Shown in pieces: positions 54,040 to 62,498 of a stretch of DNA of 62,700 bases. The DNA comes from Candidatus Altiarchaeales archaeon WOR_SM1_SCG (GTDB lineage Archaea > Altiarchaeota > Altiarchaeia > IMC4 > WOR-SM1-SCG). The notes under the pieces were generated by a model. It searched no databases. It had not been told where the DNA came from and saw only the letters and a program-made list of their open reading frames with translations. Made by a program: the position numbers and the translations under genes. The DNA lies in NCBI GenBank assembly GCA_001723845.1, contig MCBE01000110.1, positions 1-62,700 of the forward strand. Reading direction: 5' to 3'. Within the stretch, counting starts at the first letter, position 1. Every line of letters begins with the position of its first letter.

Positions 54040-56646
54040 TTACCCATTAACAATCTCAATCAAAACCCCCCCGTACTTCTCAAGCTTCGCCTCTCCCACA
54101 CCGTAAATCTCCTTCAACTCCTCTTTTGTCCCCGGCTTCTTTCGCGCAACCTCTCTGAGTGTTTTATCCTGGAAAATACGGTACGGTGGAACATTATTCC
54201 TGTCTGCGAGTTTTCTTCTCCACATCCTTAATTTTTCAAACAATTCAGTTTCCCCTGGAGTTAGCATATCTTCTGCTTCTTCATGCGGCGTCTTTTGTTT
54301 TTGCTCTTTCTCCTGATATTCTTTAATTTGAGATAATGTATCAACTTTAATCTCCTCTTTCTTCAGTATCGCAAGCCCCCCCGTTCGTGAAACCTTAACC
54401 GTCGGGTACATAAATTCCCCTGCTCTTTCAAGATAGTCCTTCTGAAGGAGTTCGTCAATGACCGCTGCAATATCCGCGGCTGTGAAATTACCAAGGACAC
54501 CGTAATTTTTACTTTCATTATAGCCGCCTTCTCCAATGAATTTCGCGTTTGAGCCGGTCAGAATACCTGCGATTTTATGCACACCTAATCGTTCGTTGAA
54601 TTCATAGACGCATTCAAGAACCGCTAAGGGAATTAAATTTTTATCTTCAATTTTCTCAATCACAGGCATTGAGTTTATCTTCACTTCCTCAACCTTTATT
54701 CTCTCAAAACTTTTTTTCACTTTCTCCTCCCTGATTTTATTTTCCGCTTCTTGAAGTGCTTTCACGACAAAATCCTTTTTGAAGAATTCACTGCAAATTT
54801 TCTCTGCTTCATCCGTAATCTCAATGTCGTAGTCCGGCGGAAGACACTTTCTGTATTTCGGGTAAGCAAACCGCGCATCCATTAGAATAACGGCTCCCAC
54901 ATCGTTTTCGCTCCTGATGCCGCGCCCTGCCGCCTGCATTACCTTGCTTATCGCAGGATAGATGTAACCGTAGAGTATGCCTTTCTCCTGTCCGAATTTA
55001 TTAATGTAGTAGTCCCTCTGGTTTTTAACTTCAAGAGTCGGCGGGCTTAAAGGAAGACCTGCGATAATTACCGCGCGAAGAATATTATTTTTATAATCAA
55101 TACCCTCGGAGAGTGAGCCTGCCTGCACACCGAACAAAATTTTATTGGAATTAATTTTTAATTTATTGAATAATTTATTTTTAGCGGCTTTACTCATCCG
55201 CCTTTCCTCAAGAATGATGTCCTCTGATTTATCCTCTATTTTCGCATCGGAATTGTATTGAAATTTACGGTAAACATCATCCATCAACGAATACGACGGG
55301 AAAAAAACAGCAGCATTACCGCCGACTGCATCATGTATCTGTGAAATCTTTTTCGCCATCTCATTATACATCGAATCACTTCGCATGGAGTAAAGCGTCG
55401 TTAATCTTTTTGTTATTAACACAAGCTTGTTCTCGGAAGGAAAAGGCGACTTATACTGCTTTAGAAGCGCGTTTTTAGCACCCAATATATCTGCGTACAT
55501 TTCAACCGGGTAGAGGGTGCCTGACATCATAACAGCGGTATGAGCGCCCGAAATTATTTTTTCGCTTAAAACCGAAGGGTCAAGAAGCCGAAATGAAAGA
55601 ACAGGATTTACTTCATTCCTGTAAACCCGCGAGCAGGGAAGATTCGTATTCCATCCTTCAAGAAACTCGATGATTGATGTTAAAGGAGATTTCTCTTTTT
55701 TCTCGTGCTGCTCTTTTTCAGCGATTTCAACTTCAATTGCCTTTAATGATTCAACAAATTCCATGTAGCTAAGCCCCCCGCCTAAAACTTCCTGGAGTGC
55801 TTGCTCAATTCCTTGAGTGATTTCCTCGCGTGAAATATTTAATTCCGTATTTCCTGGTTGTGTTTCAATAAACCTGTCAAAAAACCTGCCGACGTCCCTG
55901 ATATGCCTGTGAAGCTTCTTGTCAAGCGGGCTTATTTCCTTTGCCGCCTCATCAATCAAGTTAAGTGTAAGCTCTCCTGAAAGATGGTCTCTTATCCTGT
56001 CCGGGAGGTTATGTGCTTCGTCAATAATTAAAATTAAATCATCCATTGGTTTCCCTGTTTTCTCAAGAACGGTTTCAAGAATATCCGTGAAAACATAATT
56101 ATAATCGCAGACAACAACGTCTGCTTCCGCCATCGCGTCAACCGCCGTCTTATGAGGGCATAAAACATTTTCCGCGCATAAGTCCTTAAGTTCCTCAACA
56201 TGCAAAATATTATTTAAAATCTGGTTTGTCACAGTCTTATCGCTCCTGAAATACCTGCATTTGCGGGTTTTCTGTTCGTGGATGCACATTTCATTAAAGA
56301 CTGCGTAATACTCTCTTGCAATGTCGCGGGGACACATCGCCTGCTTGGAGATTATGTCAACAACAGAAAAATTAATTTGAGATTTATTTTTATCAATTTT
56401 ATCTTTAATAAGCCGCAGGGTGTCAATAACGATTCTATGCTGGGACTGCTTTGATGTGAGAAAGAAAATAATTTTATTGTTATTCAGGGCATACTCAAGG
56501 CAGGGTGCGAGTGCGGCTGCGGTTTTCCCGATGCCGGTTGGGGCATGGGCTATTAAAGAGTTTCCGGTTTCAAGGACTGTTTCGATGTCCTTTATTAGTT
56601 CTTTTTGTCCGTCACGGATTTGGGGGAAGGGAAATAAGGAGGTCAT
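54040..56646 (-). CDS. XPD/Rad3 (DinG-family) FeS helicase fused to RecQ-type RQC winged helix and HRDC domain (868 aa)
   Basis: Walker A AHAPTGIGKT and DEAH box LIIDEAHNL. Four Cys between them (MCPRD, MCIHE, KCRYF, LCPHK) form the FeS domain. Motif VI is QAAGRGIRS. The C-terminal extension has an RQC-like part (GVHKIAGILTGSNAKFI...AVIDELLQKDYLE) and an HRDC part (LFEKLRMWRRKLADRNNVPPYRIFQDKTLREVARKKPGTKEELKEIYGVGEAKLEKYG). Confidence 0.85.
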   Translation of the reverse strand: MTSLFPFPQIRDGQKELIKDIETVLETGNSLIAHAPTGIGKTAAALAPCLEYALNNNKIIFFLTSKQSQHRIVIDTLRLIKDKIDKNKSQINFSVVDIISKQAMCPRDIAREYYAVFNEMCIHEQKTRKCRYFRSDKTVTNQILNNILHVEELKDLCAENVLCPHKTAVDAMAEADVVVCDYNYVFTDILETVLEKTGKPMDDLILIIDEAHNLPDRIRDHLSGELTLNLIDEAAKEISPLDKKLHRHIRDVGRFFDRFIETQPGNTELNISREEITQGIEQALQEVLGGGLSYMEFVESLKAIEVEIAEKEQHEKKEKSPLTSIIEFLEGWNTNLPCSRVYRNEVNPVLSFRLLDPSVLSEKIISGAHTAVMMSGTLYPVEMYADILGAKNALLKQYKSPFPSENKLVLITKRLTTLYSMRSDSMYNEMAKKISQIHDAVGGNAAVFFPSYSLMDDVYRKFQYNSDAKIEDKSEDIILEERRMSKAAKNKLFNKLKINSNKILFGVQAGSLSEGIDYKNNILRAVIIAGLPLSPPTLEVKNQRDYYINKFGQEKGILYGYIYPAISKVMQAAGRGIRSENDVGAVILMDARFAYPKYRKCLPPDYDIEITDEAEKICSEFFKKDFVVKALQEAENKIREEKVKKSFERIKVEEVKINSMPVIEKIEDKNLIPLAVLECVYEFNERLGVHKIAGILTGSNAKFIGEGGYNESKNYGVLGNFTAADIAAVIDELLQKDYLERAGEFMYPTVKVSRTGGLAILKKEEIKVDTLSQIKEYQEKEQKQKTPHEEAEDMLTPGETELFEKLRMWRRKLADRNNVPPYRIFQDKTLREVARKKPGTKEELKEIYGVGEAKLEKYGGVLIEIVNG

Positions 56647-56740
56647 TGTTAAATTAAATTAAAATTTATGGGGGATAATTGGGCGACTGGGTAAGATGTG
56701 ACATTAACATTTCATTCAAACATTCTTCCTCTGGTTAACT

Positions 56741-57496
56741 TTACTCAGATAAAACACATATTATTACTTTCATCTCTCCACTATTAGTGTTTAGCTTTGA
56801 ATTAAAAACTAAATTATTATGTTCTGTGGTGAGACGTATAGTGATATTTTCATTAGCATCAATCTTTTTAAGTAATTTTAATATAGTTTCGTGGTAAAAC
56901 GTGGTTTTATTAATATCGTTTGCTTTTGATGAAACTATATTTAAATAGGACTCTGCTTCTCCCATTACTGTTTGTCCCATGAGATATAATTTATTTTTTT
57001 CAGACCAGCATGTGGTTTTTTTAGAAAAAATAGATATTCTATTAAAACTATCCTGTAACTCTTTATTTTTTACTATAAGTTCCACATCATCTCTGATTTT
57101 TATATCTTTCCACATATATTCCGAATCGCGTAAGTCAAGAAGTCCAACAGAAAACTCGGCTTTTTTATATAACTTATCCTCAGAATCGGATTTTTCCAAA
57201 AAAATTATCTTAAGTTTTGAATCGTATTCAATTAGTATTTTTTCAGAGTTCCAACTATCAGATATTTTTTTCAAAGTATCTACATTAACTTTTAAGTGTT
57301 CTTCATCATTTGATAATTTATAATCTTCTAAAAATTTTGAGTATATTTTAAGGTTTAAAAAAAGATTCTGGTCTTTAACAGCGTTTGTGCAAATACCCTC
57401 CAGTGTAAATGAAAGAATCGCATCTTCAACTCCTGCCTCATGCAGTATTTCCATGAAGTGTTTAAATACACCCCCCTCTATACAGAATTTGAACAT
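56741..57496 (-). CDS. Divergent PCNA-like sliding-clamp protein (251 aa)
   Basis: Length and pattern align by eye with archaeal PCNA: MFKFCIEGGVFKHFMEILHEAGVEDAILSFTLEGICTNAVKDQNLFLNLKIYSKFLEDYKLSNDEEHLKVNVDTLKKI versus the P. furiosus recalled sequence FEIVFEGAKEFAQLIDTASKLIDEAAFKVTEDGISMRAMDPSRVVLIDLNLPSSIFSKYEVVEPETIGVNMDHLKKI. The second half keeps the duplicated-domain layout. Last gene of an AT-rich four-gene operon. Confidence 0.6.
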   Translation of the reverse strand: MFKFCIEGGVFKHFMEILHEAGVEDAILSFTLEGICTNAVKDQNLFLNLKIYSKFLEDYKLSNDEEHLKVNVDTLKKISDSWNSEKILIEYDSKLKIIFLEKSDSEDKLYKKAEFSVGLLDLRDSEYMWKDIKIRDDVELIVKNKELQDSFNRISIFSKKTTCWSEKNKLYLMGQTVMGEAESYLNIVSSKANDINKTTFYHETILKLLKKIDANENITIRLTTEHNNLVFNSKLNTNSGEMKVIICVLSE

Positions 57497-57499
57497 TTT

Positions 57500-58393
57500 T
57501 TAACTTTTAATTTTAAATTTTTGCTTTAGATTATCAATAAGAGGACTTATATAATTGTAAGCTAAATTTGGGATATCTTTTTTCCATTTGTAATAATTTC
57601 TCTCTTCAGCTTCTTCTAAAAATCCTGTGGAAATTCCCTGTTTTAAAACATTCTTCCATTTTTTCAGTCTTTCGTCGCGTGTTAAATGACCTAAAATAGG
57701 GTGGTATTCATAAAATTTAGTAGCTACAAAGTCAATGTCCTCAACATTAAATCTATTAATCCTCTCTGAAACACACCAATCAATTAATCTCTCTAATACA
57801 ACATAACTTATTATTTTCAGATTTGTGTGGCGAGTATAGAACAATGGTTTCAGTGGATGAGGGGGTAACGAGATGCCTGCACTTAATTTATCCTGTAATT
57901 CTTTATGTGAATGCGATCCTTCAATTAATTGAAGGATTTTAGGAGACATATTATCCTTAATTATCCATAATAGAATATTATTCTGATCACTTGAACTTTT
58001 TAAATCTGTTTCATAGTGTTGATAGTTTTCAAAATCAGTGGCTGCAACGGTCTCTATATTCTGAATGCCCGATACTGAAAATATCTCTTGTATTGATTCC
58101 TGTGAAATATTTTTGTATTTACCAATTTTTTCAACTAATTTATTTATGTCTATTCCAATTTCTTGAAAATCTATTCCATCAATTGGGCTTTTTCCATCTA
58201 AAATTATGATAACTGATTCTCCTTTATTAATTGAAATCAGGTCGGGGGTACATTCTTTGCCACCATTAAGGCATATTTTTGGGTCTGGAATGCAATCATA
58301 TTTTAATTCATATCGTATTCTGTCCAAAAAGGCATTATACACCCAGGTTACAATGTTTGAATGCCGGTCGTATGGATAAAGTGGATGACTCAT
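57500..58393 (-). CDS. Hypothetical protein (297 aa), possible N-terminal PD-(D/E)xK nuclease motif
   Basis: ECTPDLISINKGESVIIILDGKS reads as PD...(16 aa)...D-G-K, like the Hjc/NucS-type G.DiiA.k.g..l.iEvKs strand pair. 3-nt gap to the PCNA-like gene. Confidence 0.4.
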   Translation of the reverse strand: MSHPLYPYDRHSNIVTWVYNAFLDRIRYELKYDCIPDPKICLNGGKECTPDLISINKGESVIIILDGKSPIDGIDFQEIGIDINKLVEKIGKYKNISQESIQEIFSVSGIQNIETVAATDFENYQHYETDLKSSSDQNNILLWIIKDNMSPKILQLIEGSHSHKELQDKLSAGISLPPHPLKPLFYTRHTNLKIISYVVLERLIDWCVSERINRFNVEDIDFVATKFYEYHPILGHLTRDERLKKWKNVLKQGISTGFLEEAEERNYYKWKKDIPNLAYNYISPLIDNLKQKFKIKS

Positions 58394-58394
58394 T

Positions 58395-58892
58395 TTACTT
58401 TAAATTGTGGGAACTCCCCCATTTTACACGTTCTTTTATTATGCGATAAATATGGATTAAAGATAGTGGTGATGCTTTTACTGGATCGATTTTTAGTTTA
58501 CTTTCCTCTTTCGATCCATTGAAAACTAAAATCAGTTCACTTCCGTCTTTTGGATAAAATATTTTACTCATGAAAGATGATTCATTTTTAGTTATTATAT
58601 AACCGTATGTTCCAATTGCTTTTTGTCCATAGTTGAACATTGTTTCAACAAGCAGCGGGTTTATTCTATTATCCTCTTCATGAGGTATGGTGATTGTATA
58701 ATCTTCAAATTTTTCGGGGAATGTGATATCAATGCACCCTTCATCATCCTCTTCCCGTTTTATTCCAGATAAAACTTTTTTGAATGGCTTAATTTTTTCT
58801 ACTGAAATTCCACTCACATCATTATAAATCTTTTCAGTGGCTTCTAAATTGCCTCTTTTATGTTCGATAACAAAATCTTCATTTAAAGACAA
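58395..58892 (-). CDS. Hypothetical protein (165 aa)
   Basis: ORF in an operon (1-nt gap to the next gene); no recognisable motif. Confidence 0.5.
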   Translation of the reverse strand: MSLNEDFVIEHKRGNLEATEKIYNDVSGISVEKIKPFKKVLSGIKREEDDEGCIDITFPEKFEDYTITIPHEEDNRINPLLVETMFNYGQKAIGTYGYIITKNESSFMSKIFYPKDGSELILVFNGSKEESKLKIDPVKASPLSLIHIYRIIKERVKWGSSHNLK

Positions 58893-58901
58893 TTCTGATT
58901 C

Positions 58902-59567
58902 TCAGGGATTTTCAAAAGAAACTTTAAACTCTGTTTTTATAGTCTCTGTTATTCCTCTTTCTCTAAAAACTTTATTAAAAACTTCATCAAAACGATATTT
59001 AGGTGCTTTTATACTGACTGAAATTTCTCCTGGCTCAAAAAGTTGCCTTTGACTTTCTTGCATTTCATCATATATCCTTTTTGGTATTTTCGCACCCTTT
59101 GGTATGTAAAATGGATCAAATTCCATTGATCTGCGAACATTCTGGTAGTCCTTTACATATTTTTCAACTATGCCATCTAAGTCATTAGGTTCAAGCCATG
59201 CGGGTTCTAAACCAAAAATATCATTTTTTAAAATGTTCGCAAAAATGTTTCTTATATTTTTAGGCACATCTACAATAAAAGTCCATCTATCTTCCTGGCA
59301 AAATATGTGAATATCGTTACTTTCACCACTTTTTAAATCCATAGTCAATGTCCATATATCCTTATTGATTTTATTTAAATTTTTTTCGTTTATGTCTTTA
59401 GAAACTAAATATCTTTTTTTGAAATTGTTTAGTTTGCGAACATCCCTATTCAAGTAATTTAATAAATCTTCTGGTGTCTTAAGCACTGAATAGTAAGACG
59501 CTATTGAGAAGGATTTTGATTCATCTTCTGATACCATATCAAATATTTTTGACTCCACATTCACCAT
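58902..59567 (-). CDS. Hypothetical protein (221 aa), first gene of the four-gene operon
   Basis: ORF with a 9-nt gap to the next gene; no recognisable motif. Confidence 0.5.
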   Translation of the reverse strand: MVNVESKIFDMVSEDESKSFSIASYYSVLKTPEDLLNYLNRDVRKLNNFKKRYLVSKDINEKNLNKINKDIWTLTMDLKSGESNDIHIFCQEDRWTFIVDVPKNIRNIFANILKNDIFGLEPAWLEPNDLDGIVEKYVKDYQNVRRSMEFDPFYIPKGAKIPKRIYDEMQESQRQLFEPGEISVSIKAPKYRFDEVFNKVFRERGITETIKTEFKVSFENP

Positions 59568-59607
59568 TTTATAGTATTTGAATATTTTAAGTATTTAGAT
59601 ATTTATA

Positions 59608-59625
59608 TTTATTCTTTAAATTTGA
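59608..59625 (-). promoter_or_regulatory. Promoter-like motif TCAAATTTAAAGAATAAA (minus strand), 41-58 nt upstream of the 221-aa gene
   Basis: An identical 18-mer recurs at 61503-61520 upstream of the ComF-like gene. It contains a TATA-like TTTAAAGA. Confidence 0.4.
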
Positions 59626-59817
59626 ACTTATATTACTTGTCTCAAAAATTAAACTAAAATTTTCAGTGCGGAATAGTGAGACATTTGATTTTTTGTCATG
59701 TCCCATAATTCCTCGCTTCGCACTCGTCGGGGGCGTTGCCCGACAATTAAATTAAAATTCAGTTGAAATATTAGACAGAAAAATTAATTTACAAGATATA
59801 AAAAATAACGGCTTTAA

Positions 59818-60840
59818 TTATTTGTTTCGTGAAAATAAAGTTAATTTTTCCTGTATCACAGGTTTATCCTTATTCTTCTCATGGGTTAATAAATCTTTGC
59901 AGGTACTGTTTAGTTTTACTCTAATCAAATCCAGATCATCGTCGTTTTCAAATATTATGTCTGCACTTTTATCTGAAATTAATTTAGCATTACCTTCTGT
60001 TTTTTGATGGTCGGTAAATTCCTGCGTAGGTTTAAAAACAATCAGGGTGCGATTTTGTTCTTTACAAAACCTCACGGTGTGCATAGTTCCTCCTTTTATA
60101 TCTGTTTCAACGACAAAAATGCCCAGGGATAATCCGCTCTGGATTCTATCACGCTCAACAAAATAGATGCGAAAACTGTTTTTACCCCAGGAATATTCCG
60201 ATACAATCGCACCGTTTTTTTCAATTATTTCATCCGCAAGTTTTTTGTTTTCGGCAGGATAAACCGTGTGCAGTCCGTGGGCTAAAACAGCAATTGTTGT
60301 GCCGTTAACATCAAGCGCTCCTTTATGTGCCTGTGTATCAATACCGCTTGCAAGACCGCTTACGACAACAAACCCTTCCTTTGCAAAAACCCTGCCGAGT
60401 TTTCTTGCCGACTCTGCACCGTGTTGCGTTGGTTTTCTGGTACCGACTACTGCAATCATATTTTTTTGTGAAAGTGAATCAATATTTCCTTTAACATGCA
60501 GTAAAGCCGGCGGGTCAGGAATTTTTGCTAAATATTTTGGATACCCCGGACTTTTTCCAGATATTATTTTAATGCTATTTTCTTGTGATGTTTCCAATAT
60601 TTCCTTTGCTTTATTCCAGCATTTTTCAACTGTTTGAATGTTATCAGGTACCTTTATTTTTTTATTAATCTCATGTGCTTCTTTTAATCTGTCAAGTAAA
60701 TCCGATGGACTGCCTGGTTTAAAATCAGCGAATATTTTTAAAATTTCATCTATACTTTTTCGCCCGGTTCCTTTTATCTGTTGCAATGTTAGTATCGGTA
60801 ATATTTCTTTTGACTCCATGTTAATATGTGGTTTTTCCAA
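59818..60840 (-). CDS. dprA: DprA/Smf-family protein (DNA-processing protein A; SLOG/Rossmann fold)
   Basis: An N-terminal SAM/HhH-like part (LTLQQIKGTGRKSIDEIL) is followed by IAVVGTRKPTQHGAESARKLGRVFAKEGFVVVSGLASGIDTQAHKGAL...TIAVLAHGL...YP.EN..L...I...GAIVSEY and ETDIKGGTMHT. Confidence 0.8.
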   Translation of the reverse strand: MEKPHINMESKEILPILTLQQIKGTGRKSIDEILKIFADFKPGSPSDLLDRLKEAHEINKKIKVPDNIQTVEKCWNKAKEILETSQENSIKIISGKSPGYPKYLAKIPDPPALLHVKGNIDSLSQKNMIAVVGTRKPTQHGAESARKLGRVFAKEGFVVVSGLASGIDTQAHKGALDVNGTTIAVLAHGLHTVYPAENKKLADEIIEKNGAIVSEYSWGKNSFRIYFVERDRIQSGLSLGIFVVETDIKGGTMHTVRFCKEQNRTLIVFKPTQEFTDHQKTEGNAKLISDKSADIIFENDDDLDLIRVKLNSTCKDLLTHEKNKDKPVIQEKLTLFSRNK

Positions 60841-61468
60841 GAGCCATTGCTATTACTTCAAAAGCCCCTGCTGTTTTTAATTTATGTATTCCTGCTTCAA
60901 ATGTCGTGCCTGTCGTTGTGACATCATCCAGCAGCAGAACTATTTTATCTTCAATAATATTTTCATTTTGAACGATAAGAGACGCAATTTCTTTTTCAAG
61001 ATTTCTTTCCCCGCCAAGATGTTTCTTTGGTATGGTTTCGTTACGGCATACACACCTGGTTCCGTCAATTATCGGCGGTCTGCATAATGATTCCGCAATT
61101 GTTCTTATTCCCGATGCAGAGGTTCCTTTTGCAGAAGAAGGCATAACGCATATAACAAATTCTTCATTATTTAAAAGAATATTGCCCAGAAGCGAGTTAA
61201 AGTAATTGACGGCGTTCATATAATAGTAATATTCTCCTGATTGTTGATCTAACATTTCTTCATCTTTTTTTATGGCAAGAATCATACGGGAGAACTCATC
61301 CATCTCCCCATAGTTTCCATCTCCCTTAGGGTAATATTTACCAATAAAGAACAGGTTGGGTTTATGCTTCTTAATCCTTTCGCTGTCTTTGAATATTTTA
61401 GAAACTGCCTGATTTATCTTTTCCGTCTCCAGGTCATACGAAGAGGTGTTTGAATGAGGTGAGATCAT
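60821..61468 (-). CDS. ComF/GntX-family phosphoribosyltransferase-like protein (215 aa)
   Basis: The PRPP-binding loop KIVLLLDDVTTTGTTFEAG lies near the C-terminus, as in ComFC-type PRTases. The N-terminal Cys4 zinc finger of bacterial ComFC is absent. Overlaps the DprA ORF by 20 nt. Confidence 0.7.
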   Translation of the reverse strand: MISPHSNTSSYDLETEKINQAVSKIFKDSERIKKHKPNLFFIGKYYPKGDGNYGEMDEFSRMILAIKKDEEMLDQQSGEYYYYMNAVNYFNSLLGNILLNNEEFVICVMPSSAKGTSASGIRTIAESLCRPPIIDGTRCVCRNETIPKKHLGGERNLEKEIASLIVQNENIIEDKIVLLLDDVTTTGTTFEAGIHKLKTAGAFEVIAMALGKTTY

Positions 61469-61502
61469 CCTTAATTTTTTAGATTTAATTAAAAATTTAT
61501 TT

Positions 61503-61520
61503 TTTATTCTTTAAATTTGA
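61503..61520 (-). promoter_or_regulatory. Promoter-like motif TCAAATTTAAAGAATAAA (minus strand), 35-52 nt upstream of the ComF-like gene
   Basis: Identical to 59608-59625. Confidence 0.4.
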
Positions 61521-61589
61521 GATGGAATAAAAAGATTATCACGGCTTCTTAAGTTATTATGCCCTGCCCCAAATATTCTATCTCCCCCC

Positions 61590-62498
61590 CTACATCCTTT
61601 CATACCTTCCCATGACCCCTTCCCATGAAGGAATATTCGTCTGGCAGCCCCATTTTTCAACAATGAATGATGCGGTTGCATTCCCGATTTTCACTGCTTC
61701 AATCAGATTAAAACCTTGCAGGTGCCCTGCAATAAACCCTGCGTTAAACGCATCCCCTGCTCCTGCCGTATCCACGACTTTTGTTTTAAATTTAGGAATA
61801 TCTTCATAAATGCCTTTTGCAAATATTTTACAGCCGTAAGAGCCTTTTGTAATCAAAAAAGCGGCAGGTCCCATCCTGAATTCAAAGTCAAAGCCCCTCT
61901 CTTTTAGCCACTCGTACTCGTGTTTATTTAAAACAAGAACATCCGTGTTTTTCAAAATCCTGTAGAAGTCCTCCGGAATTTTTTTAAAATTAAATACCCC
62001 GTAGCCGGGATTGTAAATTAAAAATTTATTTTTACAGTGCATTGAAACTTTTTTCTGCAGGTTTAGATAGGTGCGGGGCATAAAAATTGCACCCGTCTTT
62101 TTAATTAATTCAATATTCTCTTTGCCTATTTTTATTTCATCGGTTTTCTCTGCAATGCCTTTATGCAAAAAACTTATAAATTTATGAACTTTTTCTTTTT
62201 TGAAAAACATGGAATGCGCGGTCTCGCCTAATATTACATTCAGGTGTATGTCAACGCCCCTCTCCTTCATGTATGAAACGCATTCCTTTTCATCCCCGAA
62301 AGAGCCGACAACGCCTACAAATGATGTCTTTAACCCGAGAGCGGAAGCACAAACCGCGGTATTTGCACCCATCCCGCCGTAGAACCTTTTATGATTTATC
62401 ACATCAGCGGACTTATTGATCTCCGGGATTTCATTTACCTCATAGAAATTATCAACCACGATGTCTCCAAAGATTAGTAAATCAAACGAATCATTCAT
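61590..62498 (-). CDS. PfkB-family carbohydrate/nucleoside kinase
   Basis: YGGMGANTAV near the N-terminus and the VVDTAGAGDAFNAGFIAG anion-hole motif near the C-terminus. Confidence 0.8.
   Translation of the reverse strand: MNDSFDLLIFGDIVVDNFYEVNEIPEINKSADVINHKRFYGGMGANTAVCASALGLKTSFVGVVGSFGDEKECVSYMKERGVDIHLNVILGETAHSMFFKKEKVHKFISFLHKGIAEKTDEIKIGKENIELIKKTGAIFMPRTYLNLQKKVSMHCKNKFLIYNPGYGVFNFKKIPEDFYRILKNTDVLVLNKHEYEWLKERGFDFEFRMGPAAFLITKGSYGCKIFAKGIYEDIPKFKTKVVDTAGAGDAFNAGFIAGHLQGFNLIEAVKIGNATASFIVEKWGCQTNIPSWEGVMGRYERM

Noticed and set aside
59690-59750. Hairpin GTCGGGGGCGTTGCCCGAC downstream of dprA as a small RNA gene
   Set aside because: It is a single short GC-rich stem-loop with no other conserved copy in the window. 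It is most simply a transcript-end or stability hairpin, and the evidence is too thin for a feature call.
56741-61468. Integrated virus or plasmid as the explanation for the AT-rich DNA-metabolism block
   Set aside because: I could find no integrase, capsid, terminase or replication-initiator gene, no flanking tRNA and no direct att-like repeats. Foreign origin remains possible, but a defined mobile element cannot be supported.
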